Made by a program: the position numbers and the translations under genes
Source: Camelus ferus
Lineage: Eukaryota
NCBI RefSeq assembly: GCF_009834535.1
Contig: NC_045697.1
Coordinates: forward strand, 68,450,001-68,514,000
Direction of reading: 5' to 3'
DNA length: 64,000 nt
Part shown: positions 13,020 to 26,169 of the stretch, piece after piece
How the letters are laid out: each line of letters opens with the position of its first letter
Numbering within the stretch: the first letter of the stretch is position 1
The notes under the pieces: generated by a model
Databases searched by the model: none
Told to the model about the DNA's origin: nothing
The model's input: the letters and a program-made list of their open reading frames with translations, nothing else

Positions 13020-13679
13020 TGAAACAATTGTTTTAAAGTAATTGGTCTGACAAGAAGGCTGGCAGCCATTGAGGATAAGATGCATGCACTTCTACAAGAA
13101 GAGACCGAAAACATGTTTCCTGTAATTGCCACGGCTAAGCTTTTGAACTTTTCTCTTTACTTCTTACGAAACACGTCCTTTCAAGACTTCTGATTTGAAT
13201 AAACACTGAATGATTCTAGGGACACGGCTTTGCTTTACATGTTTTTTATACATGTAAGAGGCTCATTCTCAGCCTGTTTAAACTATCTAGCCACAACAAT
13301 TTGCAATGGATTTAATAGAAAGAAAGTGCAAAAGGCTAGGCTGTCTCTGAACTTCTTTGCAGATCTCACTGTTAGTAACTTCCGATACAAGGACTGCAAT
13401 TATACAATGTAAGAAAGAAGGTCAGTTACATCAGCTAGTTAGCACGGATTGAGCCAGATTTCCCCAGTATGTACGTAGTTCCTCGGGAGACTGACTGAGT
13501 CTGTAAGAGCCAAAAGCATCTAAGAAAGTGGTGTGTAGCCATATAACACACCTATGCAACAACAGAATCTGTAGCACATTAGAAAGAGAAGAAGTGATAT
13601 ACTCTAACCCGCAATCATTGCATACACTCTAGGCAAGATCATACCCTGTTCTAATGATGAAGAAAACCAGCATTGCTAT

Positions 13680-13860
13680 AATACTTTACAAAATATCTTG
13701 CATATGTTATCTCATGTGATCCTCACAATATATGAGGTAGGGATTATCTTTAGCCATTTTATATATAGGAGGAATGAAGCCCACCTATAAGACTGTGTGG
13801 TGGAGATTAATATGAAAGCAGTATTTTTGACTTCAAGTCTTTTTTCTAGCACATCACAAT
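13680..13860 (-). mobile_element. MIR SINE
   Basis: ttatctcatgtgatcctcacaat..atgaggtagggattat...cattttata..gaggaatgaagc. Confidence 0.75.
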
Positions 13861-14164
13861 GACTGACTCCATCTTCAACCAGCTTTTATTTTTGCTATAT
13901 TGAATATGTCCTTCCTATGAAATCTCATCTAGCCTAAACTTTTAACTAAAATACGTAAATAAGGGGAGAAGAGGGAATGTATTAGCCTTCCTCTAATACC
14001 TTCTTTTGTGGATCACTTTCCCCTGTGAGTCGCAAGGCACATAAACATGCATGTTCTTAGTAATATTACATAGGCTTAACAGCCAGCTCTTGACATCTAA
14101 TAGCTATAGGAGCTTGGGAAATTTACTTATTTCTCTATGCCATAGTTTCTTCATTGATAAAAGG

Positions 14165-15000
14165 GGCACTCATTCATTCATTTTTACATTCATTCAGCAA
14201 GCTTTATATTCTCACAGAATGCAGGACACCGCCCCCAGGTCCAAGGGATATATCAGGGAACAAGCCAAATAAAATCCCTAGTTATATTGCCAGGGAAGAT
14301 AGTCAGTTAACAAATAAATAATAGGTATATTTATTGGGTAGCAATACCCAGTTACACATGAAGAAGGACAAAGTTGACTGGAGGTTAGAGTGACGGTGGA
14401 GCAAAGAAGAGTATGCTATTTTAGATAGAAAGCTCAGGAAAGGCATCTTTTAGGAGATGACATTTGAACAGAGATCTGTCAGTGGGAGGGAATTCTGTGA
14501 AGACAATTCCAGGGAGAGGGAAGAACAAGTTCAAAAGCCACGTAGCAGGAACATGTCCATGTGTTTCCACAGAAGAGCAAAGGGTTGTGTCGAGCAGAAT
14601 GAAAGAAGTGGAGGAAACTGGTAGACATGAGGCCAGAGAACTAACCAGTGGTGTCTCACTTAGCACCTTGATGGTCTTCAAAAAGACTTATGATTTAGGT
14701 CTAAGTATGATGAGAATCAGTTGGTGCCTCTGAGGCCTTGGGGAATGTCACTCCAACTATTTTAGGATGAATAGACTGTAGGGACACAGGCAAGAACAGG
14801 GAAACCAGTTAGGAGGCAGTTTCAGTTAATCCTGGAGATAGATGATTGCAGGTTGGACAATGACTGTATTCTTAACTGATGAATTGGAGGAAGGGTGGAA
14901 GGTAAAGGTTAATCAAGAGTGATGGCTTTTGGACCAAGTTGTTGGGTGAAAGTTGGTTCCAGTTATTGAACTGAGACACATTACAGGTGAACAAGTTTTA
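14165..15000 (-). mobile_element. LINE-2 fragment, inserted into or adjacent to MIR pieces (14080-14165, 15015-15110)
   Basis: cattcattca tail; ggagatgacatttgaacagagatctg; attccagggagagggaagaac; gaatagactgtaggg. Confidence 0.85.
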
Positions 15001-15134
15001 GAGGAATGAATATACTTATCTCAGGTTTAATGCGAAAATAAAAGCATTCTGAACAGAGCCTGGTCCATAATAAGCCTTTAATAAACATTAAGTATTATTA
15101 TGATCATTACCATCATCATTATTATTATTACTAA

Positions 15135-15830
15135 GTTAATCAGCCCTGTAAATCTTATTTCCTAAATAGCTCTCAGATGCATACTGTCCTCTGTATACTC
15201 ACAGTTGTGCTTTGGTCCAATCCCTCATTATCTTGTGCTTGGATTCTTGCAATGGCCACCTGAATTCCCCACCTCTAGACTAGACTATATTTAATCTTTT
15301 TTCTTCACTGCAATCAGAATAATCTTTATAATATGTAAATATGGTCATGTTTCTTCTTAGCTTAAACACTTCAGTGACTCTCCATGGCAGACAGAACAAA
15401 GCTATAAATCCTTAATGATCTGGTCCTCTTTTACTTTTCAGCATTACCTTCCTGGCTTTTTCAGGCTCTGATAATATCAAAAAATACCTGTGGTTTCCCC
15501 TAATATTATAGGTGTTGCGTCTCCCAGCCCTTGTCCAAGCCATTTATCTTGCTTGGAATACCTTCAATGTATCTTGCAAAATTTTATTCTTCCATTTAAA
15601 TCCTAATTAGGAATCACCTCTTCTATTGAAGCATTTTGTAAACTTCTGCAGAAAGAGCAGTATCATGTCTTGGACACAGTTCTGTTACTGTAAATAGCAC
15701 ATTTCTTTTATATATAGAAAGAACTTGAATATATATATATGTGTGTGTGTGTGTGTTTATGTTTGTCTCTCCTACATGATTGTGAAATCTTTGATGGAAA
15801 GGGTATGTCTTTTTACCTATGAATGAATAT
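15135..15830 (+). mobile_element. LINE-2 fragment
   Basis: cactgcaatcagaataatcttt..gtcatgtt..cttaaacacttcagtgactc; ctacatgattgtgaaatctttgatggaaaggg. Confidence 0.75.
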
Positions 15831-18500
15831 ATGTGCACAGGTAGTGACATATTATATGTCCACCTTGATCTTTGTAACCTAACTTGAATAGTTTGTGAGA
15901 AGAGAGTTTCTTTTCATTACTCCTGGGTCTAGATGTGGAGCATTAGAGCACCTTCTGCACTGTTGCCTAAGATCACAGCTGCTTAAGACAAGTTTTAAGG
16001 TCTTATCAGACCTCTTTACTTTATTACGGATTTTCCAATTATGCATTGGTATTAATACTAATGAGTTAGGCTAAATTTGAAAACAACTGTAAAAATGAAA
16101 TAAAAGTGTGGTGGAAATAACACTTCTTTTCTTTGCTTCAAGTAACTATTGCATTCTATCATGCCTTTTTTAATGTCTTCTGCATTCACCCTTTTCTCTC
16201 ATTACAACCCAAAGTATTCATATCAAACTAGCCTCTTTGTAGCTATTTTAATATCATGTCTGCTTTGGGGCTTTTATATTTCTGTTTTTTAAAATATTCT
16301 TTCTTGTTTCCTGAGACTATAGGCCTAATGCATGCAATTTATGAGTCACCTTTTCCTTGAAGTCTTTATCATTCATTCTGGTTTAGATTGATACCTCCTT
16401 TCTCTGAAGTTACAACATTATCTGTACAATTTCTATTGGTTTCTAAATATGAATGGGTTCATATTATTTTAGTACTGTTTCATTTGTGCATTTGTTATTT
16501 TTCCAAATAGATTTTAATACCCTCATTTGAAAATATTGTCACATATCCCTTTTGCATCTCTCAAAGCTCGTGGTTCAGTTTTGACCTCAGTACAGGTGTT
16601 CAACAATAGATGTTGAAATGAAAAGAAAACTGTATAAAATGTGATGATCAAATGCATAATTATAATCACTTCAAGCTTACATTAATAGATTCTTTCATGA
16701 TCTCAGGTAGAATGTCTTTTTGAGTATCTCAAGGCAAAAGGTAATGAACACTTTATTTCTTTTCGCCTACAACCATTTCTAGGAAAATGAGCTAAATTAA
16801 AACTTAAAATTTGATCATCAGTAGTATTTTTTAGAGTTAGAGATGGAGATTCTAGTTGGAAAAGAAAAGCAAAACTCATTTTCCCTTCAATTTTATAAGA
16901 ATAATAAACTCACAGGTGATATCCTACCATGCAAAAATAAGGAAGCAGTATCATAAGATCTTCCAATTTCCTTGAAAAATGGGCCCTATCTGAAAATAGT
17001 TGGCTAAAATTTTATTTTTAAGTGCTTCAGGGGCCAACATTTTGAGGATCAAACCAAATGGACCTGAAGACTGGGGGTCTTGCAGGTCCATATTATACCA
17101 CCTCTGTTCTCCAGAAACTGTATCTTCAGAGAAACAGATAATTAGATGCATCAAGGTTAAGAGCTTTCAAGGTCTCAGTAAAATATATTATTTGATTGCA
17201 TTCCATTCTTGGTTTTCACTCCTGAAACAAAAAGCTTGGGGACAAAGGGAAATTTGAAAGTATTTCCCCCATTTGATACATATTAAAACATGAAATGAGG
17301 GAACATACACTTTTTTAAATACATAATTAAGGACTATCTCCATTGTCTATGTTGTATCTAGTGTACAGGTTCCTTGTTAGATAATTTCATGCTGGCTGGC
17401 CAGACCCCTCCTTCATTACTTCTTTGTCAAAGAAGTTTTAAAAATGAAAGCCCAGGACAAAGGGCATCTTAAATGAATTATAAACTGTCACAACTGTTCC
17501 AACCAACCTGGAAAAGACATATAGTAAATTTTACACCCTTTCATGTTATTTTTCCTTAGGATAACTGTTGGCAAGTGGTCAGCCTGTCATGACAGAGTCC
17601 AATTAAAATTATATATCATTGTAAGTTTTCTTTTCTCTGATGTCAGTAATGGAGATCCTTCAGATAGCCCTTTGATATCCACTCCTGGGCACTTTAATTT
17701 CCTGACAAATCCATCATCTGTAATTTGCCATCAGAAGTAGTCAATCTCTGAGCAGTGATAAAATAGTGTAAATCCTGGTACATCCCTTAGCATTGTAACA
17801 AGGAGACGATCTTTATGACTTATTGTGGCTCTGTATTCTTATAACCTTGCCTAAGTCCATGTGTCAAAGTACTATAGGAATGAAATTCAGCCAGGGATTT
17901 GATAAACTTATGAAGGAATGTATAAATACATGAAATCTTAGACCTATATTTCTAAATCTTCAGAACTCCCTGGTCTCTCAAATTCCCATTATGTTGCAAA
18001 ACATCTCATACATATTTACACTATGTAAACAAAAATTTTATTCACTTACACAGAAAAGCATAATTTCCTGGAGAGCATATTAAGAATGAATGGAGATATT
18101 TTGAAGTGAAAAAATTACTAACAGAAGTCAAAGCCACAAATTTAAACAGTTAAGAATTTACTGTCTTTGAAATGTGTATTTATCCAATTAAACAAAATAT
18201 TGTATTCTCCCTTGGAACGTACAGAAATACTTAGGATTTGGGGGTGGTGGTGAGTGTTTCTTGTTTTTGAATTGTTAACAATTTATTACTTAACAAATCA
18301 AAGTGAAGGCCAGCAAATTAATTTATTTATAAAAAACTAAACTGGATTAATAGGAGCAATGATCACAAAGTCTTTTAGGGAGCTTTAGTTTGTTTTTCAG
18401 TAGTGATGAGCTGCTGTGGAAGAGATTAGTTAATAAATATAATGGCTCAAATGTGAGAGCTGCTAGGACATTAGCAACACAGAGCAGTGTATGTGCCACA

Positions 18501-18908
18501 TGACATAGGTAGAATTGTGCCCCCTCCCCCAAATTCATCTGTTGAAGTCCTAACACCCAGTTACCTTAGAATGTAACTATATTTGGAGATAGGACCTTTA
18601 AAGAGATAATTAAGTTAAAATGAAGCTCTTAGGGTAGGCCCTAATCTAATCTGACTGGTGTCCTTATAAAAAGAGGAAATTAGGATACAGAAAGAGATAC
18701 CAGCGATGCCATGCACAGAGGAGAGACCACATGAGGACATCACAGGAAGGCAGCCAGCCGCTAGGAAAGGAGAGAGGCCTCAGAAGAAACCACACCTGCC
18801 AACACCTTGCCTGAGACTTCTCGCCTCCAGAACAATGAGAAAATTAATTTCTGTTATTTAAGCCACCCATTCTGTAGTATTTGTTATGGCAGCCCTAGCT
18901 AACTATTA
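18501..18908 (+). mobile_element. MaLR solo LTR (MLT1B-like)
   Basis: gaattgtgccccc..ccaaattcat..gttgaagtcctaac; ctccagaacaatgagaaaattaatttctgttatttaagcca; ttgttatggcagccctag. About 400 bp. Confidence 0.9.
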
Positions 18909-20214
18909 GGGAAGGCCAAGACCCATTAAAAATCAAAGCAACGGCATCCAGAATGGAGCTGAGGAAGCAATGTTTGTTGCAGAAGTTTCCCCCACCCCAT
19001 ACATATTTATCCCAAGAAGTAAAAGCACAGGACAGCAAGTTTGCATTTGGAGCCCTGCCCCGGGAGCATAAGACTGGCCACTGTTAACATACCAAGCATC
19101 CCAATCTGTATTCTGGGACATAGCAATAAGGAGGATTGGGTAATAAATCAGTTCTGAAATGAGGCAGGCTGGGTTCCATGTCAGGCAAACTGTCCGTACA
19201 AAGGAAGACTTTCTGATAAGAGCCAGAGGTAAACTAAGCAGGATTTAGATCTAGAGTACAAGGATTGGCAGGAATTAGTGAAGTACCAGGTCCATTAGGT
19301 ATTGGTTGATGTTTAAAGCAGGGCCACCATCCCTGATTACCAGGCAAAGTAAAATGGAGAACAGTAAACCCAGGTGACACCTGAATATAGGAAATGCTAT
19401 AATTCAGAGGCTCAATGAGGCACGATTTTCTTCGACTTTATCATTCTCCTTCCAGTACACCAGTTCTTTTATCTAGATGGCCAAAGACAAGACATGGAGA
19501 CAATGGAGCATCAGTAGAGGGGTAAGGTGGGTTCATGTGAGTGTATAGATTTATGCAAGGATCTATTAATTGTGGTTTATAAGAAGATTCGAGGTCTGGG
19601 GAACTTGACTCAGTAAGTCAATCATTTATTCATTCAGACACTCATTTATATACCAACACTTATGGAGAAACCACAATAGCTGAGGCTTCTTTATGCCACA
19701 GTTGATTCAGTAACTGATACTGAAGATGGGGGGACAGGGAGGGAACTTGAATGTAGTGAGTGATAGGTGGAGAGGCAGAGAAGTAAAGGTGTGGATTACA
19801 TTTTGGGGGGTAATCTACAAATCAACAAATACTTGTTGCCTTTTTGCAATGTGCCTGATTTTATGCAGGATTCGAGAATTCACAAATCATTTAAAACATA
19901 GTCTCAGACTTTAAAGAATGATTCTTACTTAGAAAAAATATATTTACAGGAAAATGTAAACTATGTGACTTAGTGGGAATGAGGGGCATAACTAGTGTTG
20001 CAAATGGTCAGGGCAGGAGAATGTCAGTATGGATTGAGACTGTGTGCCTTGTAAGTGGATTATGGTCTGGATTGGCACCAAAGAAAATCCAAGCATTGAA
20101 ACCAGACATCCTGAATGAAGGTTTTGAATTAAGAGATTAGTAGAGCACACTTTTTAAACAGAAAACAAATTGATCCTACCTGGGGGACACGATTAGTTGA
20201 AGACCAGAAGGAAT

Positions 20215-20629
20215 TTGAAGGTGTTATTTCCCCAGGAAGGAGACTCTGAGGTGAAGAATATACCAGGGAGTACTCTCAGGATCAACAGCTGTGGCAGAAA
20301 GAGACAGAGAAGCAGAACTGAGCAAAGGGAGAAACTGGGTTTGGAGGCCACCTTGAGAAAGGGGCCTCGGCTACCCATGGGGAAGCTCTGAGACTGGGAT
20401 GACCCTTCAGAGTAGCAGCAAAGGGGACTGAGCTTTTCTAGTCTCATTCTGACCTGTCTGTTGAATGCAGACTTTTCAAGGAAGGAGTGTGATCTTGGAC
20501 AAACCAGATATCTCAACTGAGGGCAAATTCCAGAGGGCCCTGACAGTCAGGTGGTTCAGCTGACAGCTGGGAGATTCAGTCTCTTGAGTTCTGGAAGAAG
20601 ATGTGAGAAATATTGAAACATCCATTGCA
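20215..20629 (-). mobile_element. LTR16A-like 3' LTR of an ERV3-16A3-type provirus
   Basis: Collinear with 23139-23586. Adjacent minus-strand purine tract aaggaaggagtgaag (20630-20644) sits where a PPT is expected. Confidence 0.8.
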
Positions 20630-23138
20630 CTTCACTCCTTCCTTGTGTCTCTCTGATAGAGTTCTTTGTATAGATTCTTGGAGCAGATCTTCTAGATCTC
20701 TGGTGTACCTATTTTCCTTAGGAAAACATAGAAGAGGAAGGTTAGTGGGACAAACTACAGCCCCCAGTGGTACAGCTGGTTTCAGGACCACAACTGATAT
20801 TCAGGCCTCATTTTTATACTATTTTCTAAGTTTTTTCTATCCTCAGCCAGCACTCCTTGTCTAGGTGGCTTTCTGGGTGATGTGACTGTGACACTCATCC
20901 CCCTGGGATCTGAGATTGCCCTTTTTAGACTGCGGTTTCTGTACTAGTTCATTAACCGTCCAGGTTGAGCCAGGAAGTAGCAACAGGTACTAAAGTGAAT
21001 CACTTGGTGCCCAACATTTCCTCCCTATCCCCTTGTGTAACATCAGGCTGGTAATCAGGGTCAATTATCCCTGCCAGGATGGTGACTCCTCCTCTTGCCC
21101 TTTTGTCTCATGGCACAAGGAGCCCAAAATCCTCAGGAAAACTCACAACTTACATAGTTCAGGAACTTTTGGTATGTGTCCAGGTGGAAGCATCCCTACT
21201 TTGGAAGTCAGAATCTTTAAACACAAAAAGCCCAGAGTTTGCTGGAACAAGAAATGCATATTTCCCAAGTCAGCTACAGAAGGGATAGGAAGCAGAGTCA
21301 CTCTTGCCACCAGCCTTTGGTTCCTGGATCAATATATACTATCTATTGGGGAAACAGCATCTTCAGTGTACACTAAATCTGGGAGGATGGTGCCCCACTC
21401 TCACAAAATATTATCTCATGCTTTAGTTGTGCTTTCAACAGACTAACACATCATTGTGTCAGGCTGGAAGCTTCTGGATAATGGGATATGTAATAGGACC
21501 AGAAAATGGGTTCCTATTCTTAAAATTGGGCTAGGCATCATGAAATTTTATTGGGGAAACTTCCCTAACCTCCTGATCATCATTCTTGATTGGTTTTGGT
21601 TTAGATGGTTGAACTATTTAAATACCCTTATTGGCTATCATATGTCTTCCTCCTAAGAAAGCCATGTTCTATTAACCATCTCCAAAACTCTGTGTGTCAA
21701 GCCACCCTATTTCCTTCCCTCTTGACCTTAGCACTAATTACAATAATTGCATCCACCTAAATTCTGTTGGTTAAGCCTCTCCAATTGTCCTCTGTTGCTT
21801 GGGAGTCCTGTCATCCCCACTGATGTCAGAGAATGCAGTTCTGTAATGGCATATTGTACCATCTACCTTGGCTTAACAGAGAAGAAGCATAACTGAGCTT
21901 TTTAGTGATGCTGATTCCCTTATCATCAACCCGATCCTTATTATTTTGGTGAATAATGAACACTCTGGGTGCTCCCAAGGAACATAATCACAGGTGGTAT
22001 TTCAAACTTTACGTATCATAATCATTCTAGCATTCCCTCTCTGCTGAGGCTTTGAATCCCTTCTTTTCTGTCTGCTATGATTATTTTGGCATTTTTATCT
22101 CACTTTGTGTTGTTGTTGTGTTGTTGTTGTTGTTGTTGTGTGTGAGAGCCATTCTAAGGACTGTGTTGCCAGGATGTTTGGGTGCTGAAAGCTACATCCC
22201 ATACTTATCTAACTGTATGTTCTTATCCTCCATTGATATATCCATCACCCTCAGAATCCAGTCCCACGAGTATCTCCTAGTTCCTACTGGTATGTGATGC
22301 CTATGTCCTACACCTCCTTGGGAGTATAGTTCTTTTTCTCCATTAGCAGGTACAGCACTTCCCTAGCTAGGTTATGTTGAAACTTATCTCTAATTATTGT
22401 CTTAGTGTCCAGAAGTAGGGGTAGGGGACATACAAAGGGATTGCAGATGTAGGTGTCATACATTCTCACAGGTAGAGGCCTCTGCATCTTCCTCAAGTCA
22501 GGGGATGTACTGGTCCTTTAATAAGGAGAAGTGGACCATTTTGCCAGGCTGAGCATTCAGGAATATTTAAAGATTCAGTTTTTGAGTGCCTCAACACAGA
22601 TGTCCCATTCCATAACTCCGAGCCCTGCCCTTTGGATGGTCAATCTACCTAAGTTTTGTATGTAACTTTCTTAAGAGCTCTGCGCTATTTTTGATTAAGT
22701 CCTGCTCTGCAGATTTTTCTGTCTTCAAGCTTAAAGGAGTGAGGGCCTCTTTATATTCTAGCAGGACTCCTGACTTTTACACTTAGTTTTAATCCTCAGT
22801 TAGTCCTCTTCCTTATCCTTTTCCAAAGCATCAATTAGACATAGCAACACACATACAATCCCATTATTTTTATAGTTACAATTTCCTCATTGTTCTCAAA
22901 CACCTGATATACTAGCCCCATTAGTGGAATCCCTTTCACAATCATATTGTTGCAGTTCACCATCAATTAACATCTTAAAGATTGCATTTGCTAACCTAAG
23001 TAAGCAACTGTGCTCACTCCACTTACCACCAGTGATGGAATCCTCAATGCCAGAGAGCTGGAGAGGATAATGGGCTCCAGAATCCCCTCTTAGCTTCTAC
23101 TTTTTTATACCATTCCTAAGATCACTCATAGAACCAAA
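20630..23138 (-). mobile_element. ERVL (ERV3-16A3-like) internal region, decayed and internally deleted
   Basis: Minus-strand gag-like peptide YVPWEHPECSLFTKIIRIGLMIRESASLKSSVMLLLC near 21880-21990. Degenerate PBS TGGTTCTATGAGTGAT at 23121-23136, next to the 5' LTR. Confidence 0.8.
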
Positions 23139-23586
23139 TGCTGTAGGTTGGGTTCTTCTGAATCCAAGTTCTGAGATGAAGATTAGCATGCAGAGAATGT
23201 GTTAGAGAGTATCCCTGGGATCAATAGCTGGTACAAGGAAAGGAAGGAGGCAGGGTTGAGTAGGGGAGAAGTTATGTTGTATAATCCACACAAGACTCAG
23301 CTGACCCTTTGCTTGGGAAGCTCTGAAGCTGGAATAACCCTTTAGATTTAACCTGCTTGTGGCAAGGGGGCCAGACTTTTATACTTACATATCAACCAGT
23401 CATTGACTGTAATTGCCCTCCGAGAAAGGAACATGACCTGGGTTGAGGCAGCTCATTCTAATTGAAGGCAATCTCTGGAGAGGATCTACAGGTGAAGGCT
23501 CTAAGCCAGCACCACTCCTGGTAGCTGGGGAAATGTCTTTTAGTAATATAGAGGTATTTGGGAAATGAATCATAGTATTCACTATT
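23139..23586 (-). mobile_element. LTR16A-like 5' LTR
   Basis: taggttgggttc..ctgagatgaagatt..gggatcaa..ggcaagggggcc..ccagtcattg matches antisense LTR16A. Confidence 0.85.
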
Positions 23587-24083
23587 GAGGAAGTCTAGAA
23601 AAGAAATGAATATTTTACAGACTCACTTTGAATAAAAGCCCCTTCTTCTCCCAACCACTGTTCACTTTGTATAATCACAAAATTTATTCAGTGTAACTTA
23701 AATCTGAGCTATTGCACAAAAGAACATGGAATTTATTGAAATTGTGAGAACACAACCCCATCAATACTGATTCCTCAGCAATATAGCACAGGTTATAAAA
23801 AGTTGAGAGTTTACATAGAAAAAAATTTTAATGTTAAGATAAACTCATAATTACTTAGATTGCCATAAAAATAAGCAAAAATAGCACAAAAAAGTTGCAG
23901 TAACCAGAGTGAAAGTTTATTGGAGTTCAAAGATATAAAAACCTTTTAGAAGGCTACACAGAAAAAGAACAAAGAAAATATCTCTATAGATATAGTAGAA
24001 TAGTTCATAGTTGAGTTATTCACCACACAGGGGTTTCAAGGAGAATAAAATTTCAGGTTATTAAAAAAATAGATTTTTATCTG

Positions 24084-24718
24084 GCAGTAGGATACCACTC
24101 CTAACTTATCACAAAAATCATAATGGAATGCTTTTCATAAATGCAGGTTCCTGATCCCATTCAAACCTATCAGATTCTCTTAAGTTGGGTAACCCCAAAA
24201 GAAAACTCTAAGAAAAGTATTTGAATGCAAATAAAATAATTGGGAGGGGGTCCCAGGAAGCAGTAAAGGGCAGAGGGGAATGAAACAGGGATGGAGAGGA
24301 AGCCAACAAGCTGCTCATTGCTGAGCAGGTTAGCATTGAAGGCAGCTGAGGCTCAATGTTGTTGGAGAACTTTGGGCCCATGTAAATAATTATAAATAGT
24401 TATCTCCACCCAAGGAGCAAGGAAGCTCCAGCTCCCATTAGTCATTGACTGAGGTTTCTATCCCCAGAAGCATGAATGCTTCATCACTTCTTTTCTGCTC
24501 TGCATGACCAGGAAAGAGCCCCCAGAAGGAGAGTTGCAACTGCTCATAGTGGGAAGTAAAAGACATGTGTGAGAATAGTAAGTGTATCCCAGAATTGATA
24601 CAGACGGGGCACTGACAGTGTCTACCAAACAGACTTTCCATAAGAGGAGCCTGGAATTAGTATTTTTAATAAGATCCTTTGCTAATTAATGTGATCAGGT
24701 AAGTTTGCACAACACTGC
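24084..24718. mobile_element. MER5-type hAT-Charlie element split by an LTR
   Basis: Left half aaatgcaggttcctg..cc..aaacctatcagattctct; right half ggagcctggaattagtatttttaataag...aagtttgcacaacactg. Confidence 0.6.
24178..24628 (-). mobile_element. ERVL solo LTR (LTR33-like)
   Basis: ttgggtaaccccaaaagaaaactct..tgggagggggtcccaggaagca..acagggatggagaggaagccaa matches antisense LTR33. Confidence 0.75.
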
Positions 24719-24836
24719 GCTATTACAGACTAATAGAAAGCAACAAAATGTTAGAAATGGCCAACATAAAGGTATTACAGGCATACCTCACTTTATTGCA
24801 CTTCACTTCATTGTGCTTTGCATATATTGTGGGCTT

Positions 24837-24840
<4 letters not shown>

Positions 24841-24870
<30 letters not shown>
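24841..24870 (+). repeat. (TC)n microsatellite inside Tigger1
   Basis: tctctctctctctctctctctctctctct. Confidence 0.95.
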
Positions 24871-24872
<2 letters not shown>

Positions 24873-26169
24873 TTCTTTCTTTCAACTGAAGGTTTGTGGA
24901 AACCCTGTCTTGAGTAAGTCTATCAGCACCATTTTTCAGCATTTTCTCACTTCATGTCTCTGTGTCACATTTTGGTGATTCTTGCAAAATTTTAAACATT
25001 TTCATTATTATTATGTTTCTTATGGTGATCTGCAATCAGTGACCACTGATCATCAGTGTCACTATTGTAATTGTTTTGGGGCACCATGAACCATGCCCAT
25101 ATAAGACAGCAAATTTAATTGATAAATGTTGTGTGTGTTCTGACTGCTTCACCCATTGGCCATTGCTCCATCTTTTTCCCTCTCCTCTGGCCTTCCTATT
25201 CCCTGAGACAAAACAATATTGAAATTAGGCCAGTTACTAATCCTACAATGGCTTTTAAGTGTTCAAGTGAAATGAGTTGTTCAAATGTCTCTCACTTTAA
25301 ATCAAAAGCTAAAAATGATTAAGCTTATTGAGGAAAAGCATGTTAAGAACTGAGACAGACCAAAAGCTATGCCTCCTATACCAGTTAGCCAAGTTGTGAA
25401 TACAAAGGAAAAAATTCTTGGAGGAAATTGTAAGTGCTACACCAGTAAACACACAAATGATAAGAAAGCAAATTAGCCTTATTGCTGATATGGAGAAAAT
25501 TTTAGTGGTCTCAATAGAAAATCAAACCAACTACAACATTCCCTTAAACCAAAGCATAATCCAGAGCAAGGCCCTGATTCTCTTCTATCTGTGAAGGCTG
25601 AGAGAGGTAAGGAAGCTGCAGAAAAAATGCTCAAAATTAGTAGAGATTGGCTCATGAGGTTTAGGGCAAGAAGCCATCTCCATAACATCAAGTGTTGATG
25701 TAGAAGCTACAGCATGTTATCCAGAAGATGTACCAAGGTGGCTACATGAAACAACAGATTTTGAATGTAGACAAAACATCCTTTTGTTGGAAGAAGATGC
25801 CATCTAGGACTCACATAGCTAAAGAGAAGTCAATGCCCGACTTTAAAGCTTCAAAGAACAGGCTGCCTCTCTTGTTAATGCAGTTGGTGAGTTTAAATTG
25901 AAGCTGATGATCATTCACCATTTTGAAAATCCTAAGAATTTCCCTTAAAAATTATGCTAAATGACTCTCCTGTGCTCTATAAATGGAACCACAAAGCCTG
26001 GATGACAGCACATGTATTTACAACATGGTTTACTGAATATTTTAGGCCTCCAGCTGAGATCTACTGCTCAGAAAAAAAAAAAAAAGATTCCTTTCAAAAT
26101 GTTACTATTCAATGCACTTGGTCATCCAAGATCTCTGATGGAGATGTACAACAAGATTAATGTTGTTTT

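Noticed and set aside
21033..21446. 137-aa ORF
   Set aside because: Antisense to the decayed ERVL internal region; a chance open frame.
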